Positions 1 through 23,950 of a stretch of DNA of 64,000 nucleotides are shown piece by piece. The stretch lies in assembly GCF_009914755.1 (NCBI RefSeq), contig NC_060944.1. One strand, 5' to 3'. Position 1 is the first letter of the stretch. Each line of letters opens with the position of its first letter. The stretch comes from the human T2T-CHM13v2.0 reference genome, Homo sapiens. Below the pieces are notes generated by a model. The model was not told the origin of the DNA and searched no databases. It saw only the letters and a list, made by a program, of their open reading frames with translations. The translations under genes were made by a program, and so were the position numbers.

Positions 1-95
1 AGTGAGCCATGATCTCACCACTGCACTCCAACCTGGGTGACAGAGCAAGACCCTGTCTCAAAAACAAACAAACAAACAAACAAAAAACAAAAACA
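1..95 (+). mobile_element. Alu 3' end (cut by window edge) with (AAAC)n tail
   Basis: CCACTGCACTCCAACCTGGGTGACAGAGCAAGACCCTGTCTC followed by A-rich tail. Confidence 0.9.
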
Positions 96-150
96 AGAGG
101 GGATGTGAAAAGACAGAAAAGGGAGGTCAAAGACCAAATATTATCATTAT

Positions 151-457
151 TATTTTTTTGAGACAGGAGACAGGGTCTTGCGCTGTCACCCAGGCTGGAG
201 TGCAGTGGTGCAATCTCGCTCGGCTCACTGAAACCTCCACCTCATCTCCTGGGCTTGAGCAATCCTCCCACCTCAGCCTCCTGAGTAGTTGGGACTATAG
301 CTATGCGCCATCAGGCCCAGCTAATATTTGTATTTTTTGTAGAGACAAGGTTTTGTCATGATGCCCAGGCTGGTCTCAAACTCCTGGACTCAAGTGATCC
401 ACCAGCCTCAGCCTCCCGAAGTGCTGAGATTACAGGTGTGAGCCACCATGCCCAACC
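151..457 (-). mobile_element. Alu (AluJ-like)
   Basis: Reverse-complement Alu dimer. Confidence 0.9.
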
Positions 458-639
458 AAGATAAACATTATCTTATTTAGAAATAGTATTTCACTTATAC
501 CTCTGCAAATGCATATGTATATCACATGTAAGCTAACAGGAAGAAAACACACAGCCTACATTTCTCAATTTTTGGTTTGATTCTTCCCTACATTCCTGAT
601 TTTGTCCATCCCTTAAATAGATAACCATCTACTATGAAA

Positions 640-1310
640 AAGTACTATCCTAGGCCTTAGGAATATAAGTGAGCAAGGCAGAACAGGGGTGAGACAAGTA
701 TGCCATTGAAGATTTTACCTATGGACTAAGGGTAACAGAAATTCATTGAAAAGTTTTAAGCAGAAAAGTGACCCATACATATTGTTTTTAAAATTTTTAC
801 TCTGGCTGAGAGTGGCACAGGACTTAGGGAGAAGGCTGTTAACAGTAGCACACGTGAGAGAAATGATGACCTAAGGTGGTGGCATGTGGAGATCAGTGGA
901 CTAATATGAGGAACAAAATTTATGGTGTAAAATCAATAGCTCTGAGTGAACTGGAAAATGCTGTATGAAGTGGGAGGTGACTCTTGGATTTCTTGCTTGA
1001 CAGACTGTTGGTGCCATTCATGGAGATAAGAGTGCACAAGATAGGTTTTGGACTTAAGGTTAAAATGGCTTTGAATCATTCAAACGAAGATTCTGAATAG
1101 GCAGTTAGATATTACAAGTCTGGAACTAAGAGTTTCTCAGCTTTAAGTATCTAACTCTTCCAACAACTCTACGAGGCAAGCATTAGTTTCTCTAATCTAC
1201 AAATAAGAACAGCCTAAGTTCAGTAGCTTGACCAAGAATATCCAATACAGTTACAGCTGGGATTCAAAGACAGTGAGTTGGCCTCCAAGGTTCAAGTCTT
1301 CTCACTCCTA
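640..1310. mobile_element. ancient L2 and MIR fragments
   Basis: Degenerate L2 motifs (GTTTTAAGCAGAAAAGTGAC, TTACTCTGGCTG) then a MIR-like core. Confidence 0.55.
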
Positions 1311-3714
1311 CAGAACACAATCACTTTCTACTGCACATTCACACACACACACACCAGTCTTCAAATCTTAATTTCTCAATTGGACCCTAAGTTCTACAAA
1401 GTTAAGAACCATGTTTAATTTACCTTTTTAATTTATAGTACCTAGCCTAAGGCTTGCATTTTGTAGCATGTTCAGTAAACACTATTTGGTGATCAAATTA
1501 ATCTTGGTTTATTTTTTAAAAATGAAATGAAAATGAAGTTGCATCCAAAGTATAGGGTGTTCCTAAATACTTCAGGTCATCTGGTACGCAACTAGGAGAA
1601 CTGGAAAACCAAGTCAAAGGTTCTTGAGTAATTGTTCCCTTCCCTCTCTCTCTTTCCCAATACTACAGCTTCTATTAAATCACAGGACTACAACTAGGAT
1701 TTGTCTTTTTCCCCTCGATAATTCAAATTAAGAGAATACTGAAGAAACTTGATTTTACCAATTTTTATAGCAGCTTATTTGGAAGATGGAAAAAGTGCCT
1801 GAGTCCTAGATATTTGGAAGATCAATTCTCCTCTCCACTGTTCATAATACTAGTATATCTTAAGGCAATCTAACAAAATGCACTGCCTTTCTTATTAAGT
1901 TCCATTTTAAATTGTCTTACTTAGTGCTTACTGTTCTCATGTAATTGCATAAAAGGAGGTGTAACTTTAGTGGCTAACCATTTCAGACCACTACATCTAC
2001 CTTAACACCGTCAGAATGACTTTGAAGACATGGCTAGGTCTTGTATGCTCAACGTTTAGCCTAACAGAAGCCAATTAATCAGCTACGAAAAAAGTATCAT
2101 GTCAATGAATTTTTCCCGACTGAAGTAAGATCACATCGAAGCCAACTGCATGGGTCTGCATGACCTATTCTTTAATAAAGTATAAGTAAATAAAAAGAAA
2201 ATGCCATTAAACCATAAGGAAAAATTGTCCATTGCCAAAATCATAAGTTTACTGATATACACTGAATACAGCAGAATTAATTTCAATAAAAACTCCTCTT
2301 GCCCTTAGCTAGTCCCTCCTTCTAATCTCTTATGTTCAGTTGTTATTTTTCAATTTGGCAACTAAAAAGAAAACTAGAGGCTTAGTAACAGTCCAATACC
2401 AGAAAACTATACAAACAAGTTTGCTTAGTCATTTCTGCTAATGTATTTTTATTGATGAATTTCCTAGTATCAGAAATGGAAAAGATCATTCTAGAACTTT
2501 AAGTCAATTTTTGAACTGTAATATAATTAGTTCTTTTTAACCCTAATGTTTATTAGTCTCCATCTTAAAAGGAAAAAAAAAATCTCCTTCTCATCCCTAA
2601 ATGAACCATAGCAAATGAACAAGATCTCATCATCATCCCGACAGGACAAAGATTTCTATAGCAAAGAATGAGGAATGTGCTTAGATTGCACTGACTGCAT
2701 GGTTTAGGACTGCTTGTTTAGAGGAAAAGCAGCTATACAGGAAGACACCTTTTATGCACTGCTGCAGAGAATGAACTCTTTTTCCAAGCAATCAGGCAAC
2801 ATAAACTGGTAAGAGACAAACAAGACTTGTGGAACTCAGCGAGACCTTAAATATGTATACTTTTCTACCTTGCTACAGAAGCAAAGAGAAAAATTCAGTC
2901 AAACTTGCCCATTTCCCTTTACAAAAGGGGCACTGATTAGAAGGCCAACTTAATACAAAAAAGCACAAGTAGCTAATGTTACCTGAATTACTTATTTCAA
3001 ATGTCCATACTTAACCTTAATTTCTTTCTTCCTTTCCAATCAAGAGCAGAATGCTCATACATCAAGCATTTACTGAACGTTTACTATGTACCAGGAAATG
3101 TGTGCCTGACTGCCAGAAAGGCATTCTTTCTCTTGGTCCTGGAGAAAGTATCTCTGCCCTCAGACAAAGAAAACAGACCATTACAATCTCAAGTGATCAG
3201 TGCTTGAAACAATTAAGTCATGGTGGTGTACAGACGTTGAAGGGTATTTAAACTATCACCAACCCATCATTCATTCAACAAATATTTATGGAGTACCTAA
3301 AATGGGGAAAAACTGTAAGAGAAAAAAAAAACTGCACTTAAAGTACGCACAGGAATTATTCAGATGGAAAACATTAAAACAAGAAATTGCAAAGCGTAAC
3401 ACTTTAAAGCAAGTTAAGAATTTTAAAGACCTATAATTTTGCACCCTAAAATGACCAAAGGCTGGCACATTTTGTTATCTTCTATAAGAAACACATCATT
3501 GGATGCCACATGCAACGTGGCATCAGGTGTAAAAAAGCACCTGATGTGCTTTTTTTGCACATCAGGTCAGCAACCTTTTTATATCTGATTTGGAGACTAT
3601 TAGTTTACTCGACTGTTACCATTTTGTGCTTAAAACAAACAGTATCATTAATTCACAAGCTTTGGAATTCTTTCTCTTTATTTTCTTTTCTCTACTTCCA
3701 ACACTAATCAGTTC

Positions 3715-3846
3715 CTTGTTGCCCAAGCTGGAGTGCAGTGGCACAATCGTAGCTCACTGCCACTTCAAATTCCTGGGCTCAAGTAATCCTCCCACCTCAG
3801 CCTCCCAAGTAACTGAGGCTACAGGCATGTGTCACCACACCTGGCC
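3715..3846 (-). mobile_element. Alu right-monomer fragment
   Basis: GCCCAAGCTGGAGTGCAGTGGCACAATC... Confidence 0.85.
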
Positions 3847-4167
3847 CACTCATCTTTAAATAAGACAGAGAAGTAATTATAGCCAAAAGGGAATAGAAAA
3901 TGCAAACCCAGAGATATAAGCAAGCAAGGAAGCCTGGAAAGCCTTTGTTGATCCTGAAAATTAGAATTTTGTTCTCACATAAACCAAAGCCCAGGGCTCT
4001 CACAAGACAAAAAGTCTAATAGGAGGCCCTCTTCATAAGGTGGGACTTCAGAGGCATACTTCCTAATGGTGAGAGTGACTAGGGAGTGGAAGATCCAGGG
4101 AGGAATTAAAGCCCTACTGAAGGGAATATCATATCTTAAGCTTGTTTTAAGGTGGTCTCTGGATTAG

Positions 4168-4568
<401 letters not shown>

Positions 4569-4632
4569 AATTATTTATTTTTAAATACAATGTCCTAGCA
4601 GATCTCAAAAAACAAGAGGAAAAATATAGTGA

Positions 4633-4955
<323 letters not shown>

Positions 4956-4979
4956 TGATATACTTTTAATTGGTACTAG

Positions 4980-9800
<4,821 letters not shown>

Positions 9801-9851
9801 TAAAAAAAGGAAAAAAATTCTATCACATGCTGTCTAAAAGAGATACATCTA

Positions 9852-12678
<2,827 letters not shown>

Positions 12679-12695
12679 GAGAGAGAGAGAGAGAA

Positions 12696-12753
<58 letters not shown>
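12679..12753. repeat. (GA)n microsatellite on Alu tail
   Basis: Direct reading. Confidence 0.95.
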
Positions 12754-12759
<6 letters not shown>

Positions 12760-13437
12760 TATTAGGGTAAATGTCCAATATCAAGAATGGAAATGAGGGA
12801 GTGAGGGATGAATTAGGGTAAATGTCCAGTATCAAGAATGGAAATGATACATCACTACAGATCCTACAGATGGTAAAAAGATAAGACAATATCACGAACA
12901 ACTTTGTGCCCACAAACTTGAAATTCCCAGAAGAAAAATAATTTATCAAAACTGATACAAGATCCCAGTCTGATTCTCAGGGAGAAAAAACAAAAACTGA
13001 CACAAAAAATGAAAACCATAAATAGTCCCATAACCAATAAATTCAATCAGTATTGTTTCAACCTGTTCTATTCTAATGTCTTTGAACTGCACAGATTAAC
13101 ATTTTCAAAACATTTGTTTAAACTGACTGAACTTGCTTCCCACTCCTCTCCAGGTCTCTGTGCTTTTATACATTGATTATGCCTTCCAATAGTGCTTGCT
13201 AGGGGAAATCCTACTCACCCTTCAAGAATCAGCAAACTTTACATCCACTATGAAGCACACTATGAAGCATTCCCATCTTTCTCCAAAACAGGCCAAGTAC
13301 CTCTTCTACAGGGCCAAAGCAACCCCATATACTCTCTGACATTGTCACACTGAATGTGTTTTGTTTACATACACCTCTCTCCTCAGATTATGAATTCAAG
13401 TACTTGGACTTTGATTTATTTCTCTTGGTGGATGCCC

Positions 13438-13547
13438 CGTGTTTCACCACTGCCCAGGCTGGTCTCAAACTCCTGACCTCAGGTGATCCGACTGTTTCAG
13501 CCTCCCAAAGTGCTAGGGTTACAGGCATGAGCCACTGTGCCCGGCCT
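13438..13547 (-). mobile_element. Alu left-monomer fragment ~95 bp downstream of the exon 2 donor
   Basis: CAGGCTGGTCTCAAACTCCTGACCTCAGGTGATCC... Confidence 0.85.
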
Positions 13548-13640
13548 GTGGTTTTTAAAATGCTCCTCAGTCTTACCTATAAATGTTATTGCATCCATCC
13601 TTTTTAAACCAGGGGAAAAAGGTTTCCTACTATCACTTAC

Positions 13641-13757
13641 CAAAGAGATGTGAAACTAGTCAGTATGGGTGAATGATGTTTCTTGGAGATTTTATGAGGT
13701 TCCACGCTGCATGATTTACCATGTGATGAGCACACTGCTTGACAAGCCTTGATAGAG
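13641..13757 (-). other. CSNK2A1: CSNK2A1 alternative 5'UTR exon 2 (117 nt)
   Basis: Acceptor CTGTTTTTGTAG|CTCTATC and donor TTG|GTAAGT on the minus strand; sequence matches the recalled long-leader CSNK2A1 isoform. Confidence 0.88.
13660..13722 (-). CDS. putative uORF within exon 2, 20 aa MVNHAAWNLIKSPRNIIHPY
   Basis: ATG at 13722-13720 (context CACATGG), in-frame TGA at 13662-13660, wholly inside the exon; translation is not shown by sequence alone. Confidence 0.45.
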   Translation of the reverse strand: MVNHAAWNLIKSPRNIIHPY

Positions 13758-14164
13758 CTACAAAAACAGTTCAGTACTCCGTTACTGAAAGGATCTTGGA
13801 TTTAAAAGACATCATAAGGTTGCAGAAAGAATAAGTACACTAGAACCACTACAACCTACATCTGATGTTGGATATGTTATTTAACCTACCTGATTAAAGT
13901 GAGAAAACTGCAGAATATAAGGATTATCACCCTTCCCCCACTCCCTTCTTTACTGCCATGGTGGCAGGTTACATAGCAGACAACCATCATCTCCGCAGGT
14001 GATCAATAACCAACAGCTAATAAGGTAGGTTGTCCTAAAACTGACAAAAATAGAATAGGCTGGAAGTAAGGGCAGTAAAAACTGGTTGCCTTTCAATTCT
14101 GAAGATATTATGTGAATGCCTATGTCAGTCACTGATTCTTGGGATTTATCATTTTTGTGTGTGT

Positions 14165-14587
<423 letters not shown>

Positions 14588-14649
14588 TAGATTCACAGCC
14601 TATTCTTCTGTTCTACAGCAAGGGACTGTAAACTGGTGACCACAAACAC

Positions 14650-15650
<1,001 letters not shown>

Positions 15651-15684
15651 TGTGTGTATATCTCCTATTTGGCTCACATATTAC

Positions 15685-16165
15685 TTTTAAAAATTGAGAT
15701 AAAATCCATGTAACATAAAACTCATCATTTTAGGGTACAATCAGTACCCTAAAATGGTGTGTTTTCGTATATTCACAATGCTGTGGAACCATCACCACTA
15801 TCTGATTCCAGAACACTTCATCGCCCCAAAAAGAAACCCAGTACCTCAGAGGATTAACTCCCAATAGCCTCTTCCTACAATCCTCTGGCAACCAATAATC
15901 TGCTTTCTGTCTTCATGTATTTGCCTATTATGGACATTTCACATAAATGGAATCATGCAATATGTGGCCTCTTCCACTTAGCAAAATGTCTACAAGTTTA
16001 TCCACGTTGTTGCAAGTATCAGTAATTCATTTCCTTTTACAGCTGAATTCACTGTATAAATACATCACATTCTGGTTGTCCATTCACTGACAGATATTTG
16101 GACTGTCTCCACTTTTTGGCTACTATGAAATAATGTCGCTAGGTGCATATGTGTACAAGTTTTTC
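15685..16165 (-). mobile_element. L1M 3' end
   Basis: TGGACATTTCACATAAATGGAATCATGCAATATGTGGCC and similar L1 3' motifs. Confidence 0.8.
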
Positions 16166-16169
16166 ACTT

Positions 16170-16808
<639 letters not shown>

Positions 16809-17877
16809 GGTATTAAGGTGAATTATGTATTAAAATTTTTCACAATTAATATTTTTCAAAGTGACAGTTACCAAAATTAAAAAAAAATTTAACTTTCTAT
16901 TTCTTAAAAGAAATAAAGCAGGAGGGAGGGCAGGTAGGTCTGTCTGTCTGGTAACAATGATTCTTCATTCCTGCACTGACAAAAACCTGCTGGATATGCT
17001 AAGCTGTGACTGTCCAACAACTGGCTCTTTTAACAGACACCCAATGGAGATACCACACGTAAACCTGGACAACTCTTCATTTACCTTATTGACTCGACTC
17101 CTGAAGGCATTTGAGCAATCAATCCCTGGTCTATACTAAATATATAAATTTACAAATAATAAGATGGGGGAACTCTTATTTAGACTACACAAATTTTGGA
17201 ACTGAAAATGCAGCTCAACAATGAGATCAGTGGCCATGAACTCTCTGGTAAATGTATATAAAGCAGCATGTACATGTACATTTTTTTTTGAAGAAAAAAA
17301 TTATTACAGGCTCAGGAAATCTGTAAACTCCAGCAAAATTAATAATTCCTGAGTTAGACAAACAGAAACTCATCTAAGAAGGCTAACTTGGTGATTTACA
17401 TAAATATTAAAAAATTAAACTGCTCAAACTAAGTATATGCCATTCTTTCCTGAAGGAAGACAAGAAGACAATGTATCCTAGGCTTCAGAGTATGAGACCC
17501 AAGCTTGATGAATGATTAACAAAATGTCAGCCTCAGAAAAGATACAGTAGCATTCAGAGTTAGTCAGGTAGAGATAACAGTTTTACAAAAGGGAACTTTA
17601 CTTCTGCCTCACATTACTGCTTAGAAAATAAGAACTTGAATTTCTTCACTACTGTCCAACCTTAAATTGTTCACAGTCTTGTATTTTAAAGCATATCCTT
17701 TGAATCATGTGTCCAAAGAGAATTACTTGTGGGTCAGAGAGGTACCTTAAAATGGCTTTAAAAACTTAAAACCAAGATTATTTTCAGATTGTTTACCCCC
17801 TTGAATCTTAAAACTGTTCAGATATCCAATTACTGAGCTTTCTAAATTAGTGCTCCCAGTTTTTCTAAACTTTTAAC

Positions 17878-18183
17878 TTTTTTTTTTTTTGAGATGGAGT
17901 CTCGCTCTGTCGCCAGGCCTGGAGTGCAGTGGCACGCTCTCGGCTTACTGCAACCTCCGCCTCCTGGGTTCAAGCGATTCCCCCGCCTCAGCCTCCTGAG
18001 TATCTGGACTACAGGCAAGCGCCACCATGCCCGGCTAATTTTTTTTTTTTTTTTTTTTGTATTTTAGTAGAGACAGGGTTTCACCATGTTGGCCAGGATG
18101 GTCTTGAACTCCTGATCTTGTGATCTGCCCGCCTCGGCCTCCCAAAGTGCTGGGATTACAGGTGTGAGCCACTGCTCCCAGTC
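17878..18183 (-). mobile_element. AluS
   Basis: Full reverse Alu. Confidence 0.9.
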
Positions 18184-19083
18184 TTTTTTACAGTCAAGAC
18201 AGAAAATAATATTTGTATGGCACAATGGGGTAAATGATCAAGACTGCTCTGGATCTGAGGTCATTAGTTTGGATGCTGTATCCAAACTATATTCTGCATG
18301 AATGGCCAGAGGTGTGAGGGGACCAGTATCTCAACACATCTGTAACGCACCCTAACACAATACACTGGTTGAGAAATTCTAGTTTAAATAACTTGTGGAG
18401 ATCACGACCTGAATAGTCAAAATCCATGCAGCAGGTTGAGAAAACTATTTCACAATTCCTCTTATTTCAAGAGATACGCAATCACCTTTTGCAGCTTTCA
18501 AGTATAGACCAGATGTACTAACAGGCAACCATTTCGTCTGGAAGATCATCTATTTGGAGGTCACTGACACAAAAAAACAAAAACAACAAAGACAAAACAA
18601 GCCTCCTTACCCTAGCTCAGAAGGATAAGCCAAAAGAAAACAGGTTAACGGTAAAAATGTATGATTAAATGAAGTTATTGTTTTTTTTCCTCCACTTCAT
18701 ATTGATTCTCTTTTCCCATGTCAATTTAAGGTGGTAACCATGGCCAACAACATTCTCTCTCACCTATCATACTAATGCCATATAAGTAGTAGTGTTTTTG
18801 TTTTTTCAAGTGGGGAAATATATACAGCTCAAAAAAACAAAAAAATATCTAGCAACTAACTCCTTGGCAGTTCCCTTGACTCTCTGACCTTTAAGTCCCA
18901 AGGTTCTAAGTATACAATGAATAAGAAAACTACCTGTTCAAACCCAACAGAATATGTTTTTTTCTGGTTTGATTAAGGCTTCGAATTTGGAACATAAATA
19001 CTCTCAGTAATACTTAGTAATTCATGAAGTTACTGCTTGTGTAAACTTGCAGAATATTTAACTTTAGGAGATTATAAATCCTA

Positions 19084-19446
<363 letters not shown>

Positions 19447-20452
19447 TCAACCCAGAAAAGGGATCTGAGTGTCAATGTGACATAAATGACATAGCAACAG
19501 TGTGAGGTCTCCCAATGAAGGGAGGTATTAGAAGAAAATCCAAGCAGTTTGATTTGGATTAATAGTTCTACCCCAAACACCTAAGAGAAATCGGAATTCC
19601 AGTACTGTCTCTTACAATATAGTCATCATCTATACACCTTTTTACCACGCCATATAAGCAAAATAAAGTCACAATGTGAAACTTTACTCCACTGGCTATT
19701 ACCCTCTGGAACCAAAAGATGGAAAACTTCATTTGGGATATACAGTAATCTAAAGAAAAATTCAGCACTTATGAATGTAATAACTACTGTTACCATTTGA
19801 ATGCCTCTTACAAACCAGGCACAGTATCAGATGCATATTCTGATTTTAGAAATAAACAGATTCAGAGGTTAAATAATCTGCCAAAAACAACAGGATTACT
19901 AAGTGGTGGAAGCCAGATCTGTTTAGGATCCAAAGCCTAAATAGGTTCTTTTCACTAAATTTAATACTATTTCCTTAGTTCTCCAAACTGATTTATTAAC
20001 AGCCTATCCAAAACACTATAATAAAATGAACTGCTTTAAATTTGGAGGCAAGGTAGGGGTGGGATACTGAGTTTCAATAATCAGGTTTCTTCATTATTCT
20101 TTTACCTGAATGGGCTGGCCACCAGGCCACAATTGTATAAAAATCAGATTTTAAATGATGGAAAAGCTTTTCTGTGTGGCTACTGAAGGGAGAAAGGAAG
20201 ACAACTGAGACATGCCCCACCTTGCTGGCTGGGGGCTGGTGACATCTGTGGGCCTCAGTGTTGGACTCCAGATGCAACAAAGCCTAAAGTTTTGAATATG
20301 TATGAAGGTCAATGTGATGTTTTCCAAAAACAGTCATAAAAGATGGCTGTGAAAAACCCCCTAGTATAACAACTGTATGTAACAAGAGCATATAGGTAGC
20401 TGCAGATGAATGCTCAGGTCCTTAGCTGTGGTGTTTAAAAATTCTTCAGACC

Positions 20453-20911
<459 letters not shown>

Positions 20912-21152
20912 CTACCCACAAAGAAAACCCTAGCTCAAGATGGCTTCACTGGAAGGAAAAATGAACTGGTCAGGAAGACAGACAAATAGAAGCAAATAAT
21001 GAAAGCATTTTATTTGACATTGATAACCTTCTCACAATAAATTATGTGGCAAAATACATGCTTGAATACTTAATTGCTAGGCAATAGTCTATTTTCATTT
21101 TTTCACAAAAGGTAGACAACTCCAAAGCAGATGGCCATTTGTAGCCATTCTA

Positions 21153-21462
<310 letters not shown>

Positions 21463-23667
21463 GTTTTAAAGTGCCGATAAATACAAGTTCCTGGTCTGCC
21501 TACAGTTTATCACTTAATAATACAAAGCAAACAAGAAAGCAAGTTAGTGGATTACCTGAGAGAGCAAGACATAGAGAAGATGTTAATGCAGGGAGCTGGC
21601 CTTCTCCAAACATATCCCTAACACACAATATTCAAGCAATTCCCAAACTGTGATCAGAGAACCACTGGGAGTAAGACCTCTGATCTATATTTACAAGTCT
21701 ATAGGTGAGCAAAGGTAGACCTTTTCCTGAGTCTGAGATGGGAATATTACCTTCTCTATCTAGAAGCAAAAGAATCCTAGACTCACCAGGACTAGGTAAT
21801 AGACACTGTACACGAGTAATTGAGGTAATCTACACTGGGCGTGACTTACATACTGATCCACCCCTAGGCAGCAATTCATACCTCACCCACCCAACAGGCT
21901 ACATTAGAAACAAGGAAGTACAGGTCAAAAGTCTCATTAAAAAAATAAGAACTCTTGGCAGCAGAAAATGAAAATAAAGAATGAAGAATGACAGCACTGG
22001 CAATAAACACATTCTTTTCTCCGAAAGGGAAGGGAAAGAACTAATGTTGGGCACCCACATGCCAGACATTTTATCAATTTTCTCCTTTAATCCTCAATAA
22101 TCCTGAGATAATACTAGCTAGTACTCTAGTTATTAATCCTCACAAAAATCCTGAGGTAGGTACTACTAATTCCCATGTTACAGGTGAAGAAACCAAAAGT
22201 TAGTAAGTTGCCCAAGGTAGTTGTTATCCGAACTGTAGAGACAAGAACTCCCAGACTTGAAGAGGTTAAGTAAACTTCCCCAAACTCAAAGTGGGAGTTC
22301 TTTCCCACTAACCTATTGCCTTCCCCTCCCTACCCGCAATCTCAATTAATTCTCTATTCTACCCCCTTCTCATTTCTGCAGCTGTTTCAAAAACTACACC
22401 TAAGATACAAAGCAAATAGGAGTTATTATAAGAAAACACCTCCAAAATCTACTAAGTTGTGGTATGATATGCCTGTTATCAGAAAACGTCACTCAATTTT
22501 GAGCTTGGAGGGCAGTGACAGTTTGGAGATCTTTAGCACAACGCCTGCCAGAAACGTGGCAGGCGCTCAGGATCTGCTGAATGAACAACATCTTCTGAGT
22601 GGTTATGAATTCAATAACCCAAAATGACCATCTCGTATTTCTGGATATGACATGATACCATTTTTTGGAAAATAATTTACCCATTCATTTTAAACAGGGT
22701 AGCTTTCTTAAAATTTATAGAACATTGATGAGATAGCTAAACTGAGAAATGCCCATTAAAGCATTAGTCATAACTTCAGGAAAATTTCAAATGTTCACTT
22801 TTCCAAGCAAATTAAAATGTTTCAGCTAATAAAAACCTGTCAGAAAAACCCACAAGACAAGAAAGTATAAAAAGAAAAGAGCAGCCAATATAAGGGCATT
22901 TAAGATGTCACACATAGAAAATTATAAAACATTAATCTAACTTGTACCTTGGTATTTAACCCTAAAACTGTCACCTCAGATAACACAATATTTTCTATGC
23001 AAGAAAACATTATCACCACGAATGTAAAGAAGCTTGCCGACCATAGCAACTGTTGCTACGTAGGGTTTTTTAATGTCTAAGACTGAAAGACAGAATTTGT
23101 AGAAACCAGTTAAAATGCCACTCTTAGCAGTATCTTGTGATACTGTGAATGCTTTCACCTTAAACTTTTTAAAAGACTCAATCTTTGACTTCTACATGTG
23201 AAAAAAAAAAAGTACATCTGGGAGCACTCAACGTAAGAAAACTACCAATTGTCTATAACCCAATGAAAATACATCCTTTGTTACAATGACAGCAGCTACT
23301 TTTCCTTAATAATCCTAGAGGAATTTCTTCATTTGAAAAGCTGGCTGGCCTAGATTTCTCTATAAACTAAATGACATGCTACTTTCGAAATTATCCATTT
23401 CAGAAGTTCAAAGAAATTCAGGTATAAGAACACATTAATACTCTCATGAAACAAACCTTATCCAGGTTACCCACGAATTGTGACAGATCAAAACCCAGTT
23501 TCTCATTTCAAATCAAGTATCACATTATTTATTACCTTAAAATACTAAGCCCTTACCTAATTCAATGGCAAATCATATTGGTTTTCAGTTTCTGAACTTG
23601 TACAAATCATACTGTAATATTTATGCAAAAGTTGTCATATAGTTGAATATTATAGACAGTTAACATC

Positions 23668-23950
23668 TTTTTTTTTTTTTTTTGAGACGGAGTCTTGCTC
23701 TGTCCCCCAGGCTGGAGTGCAGTGGCGTGATCTTGACTCACTGCAACCAACCTCCGTCTCCCAGGTTCAAGTGATTCTCAGCCTCCTGAGTAGCTGGGAC
23801 CACAGGCACGCGCCTCCACACTCAGCTAATTTTAGTAGAGATGGGGTTTTACCATGTTGGCCAGGCTGGTCTTGTCCTGACCTCAAGTCATCTGCCCACC
23901 TCGGCCTCTCAAAGAACTGGGATTACAGGTGTGAGCCACCATGCCCGGCC
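23668..23950 (-). mobile_element. AluS
   Basis: Reverse Alu, TSD-like AACAG/AACAT flanks. Confidence 0.85.
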
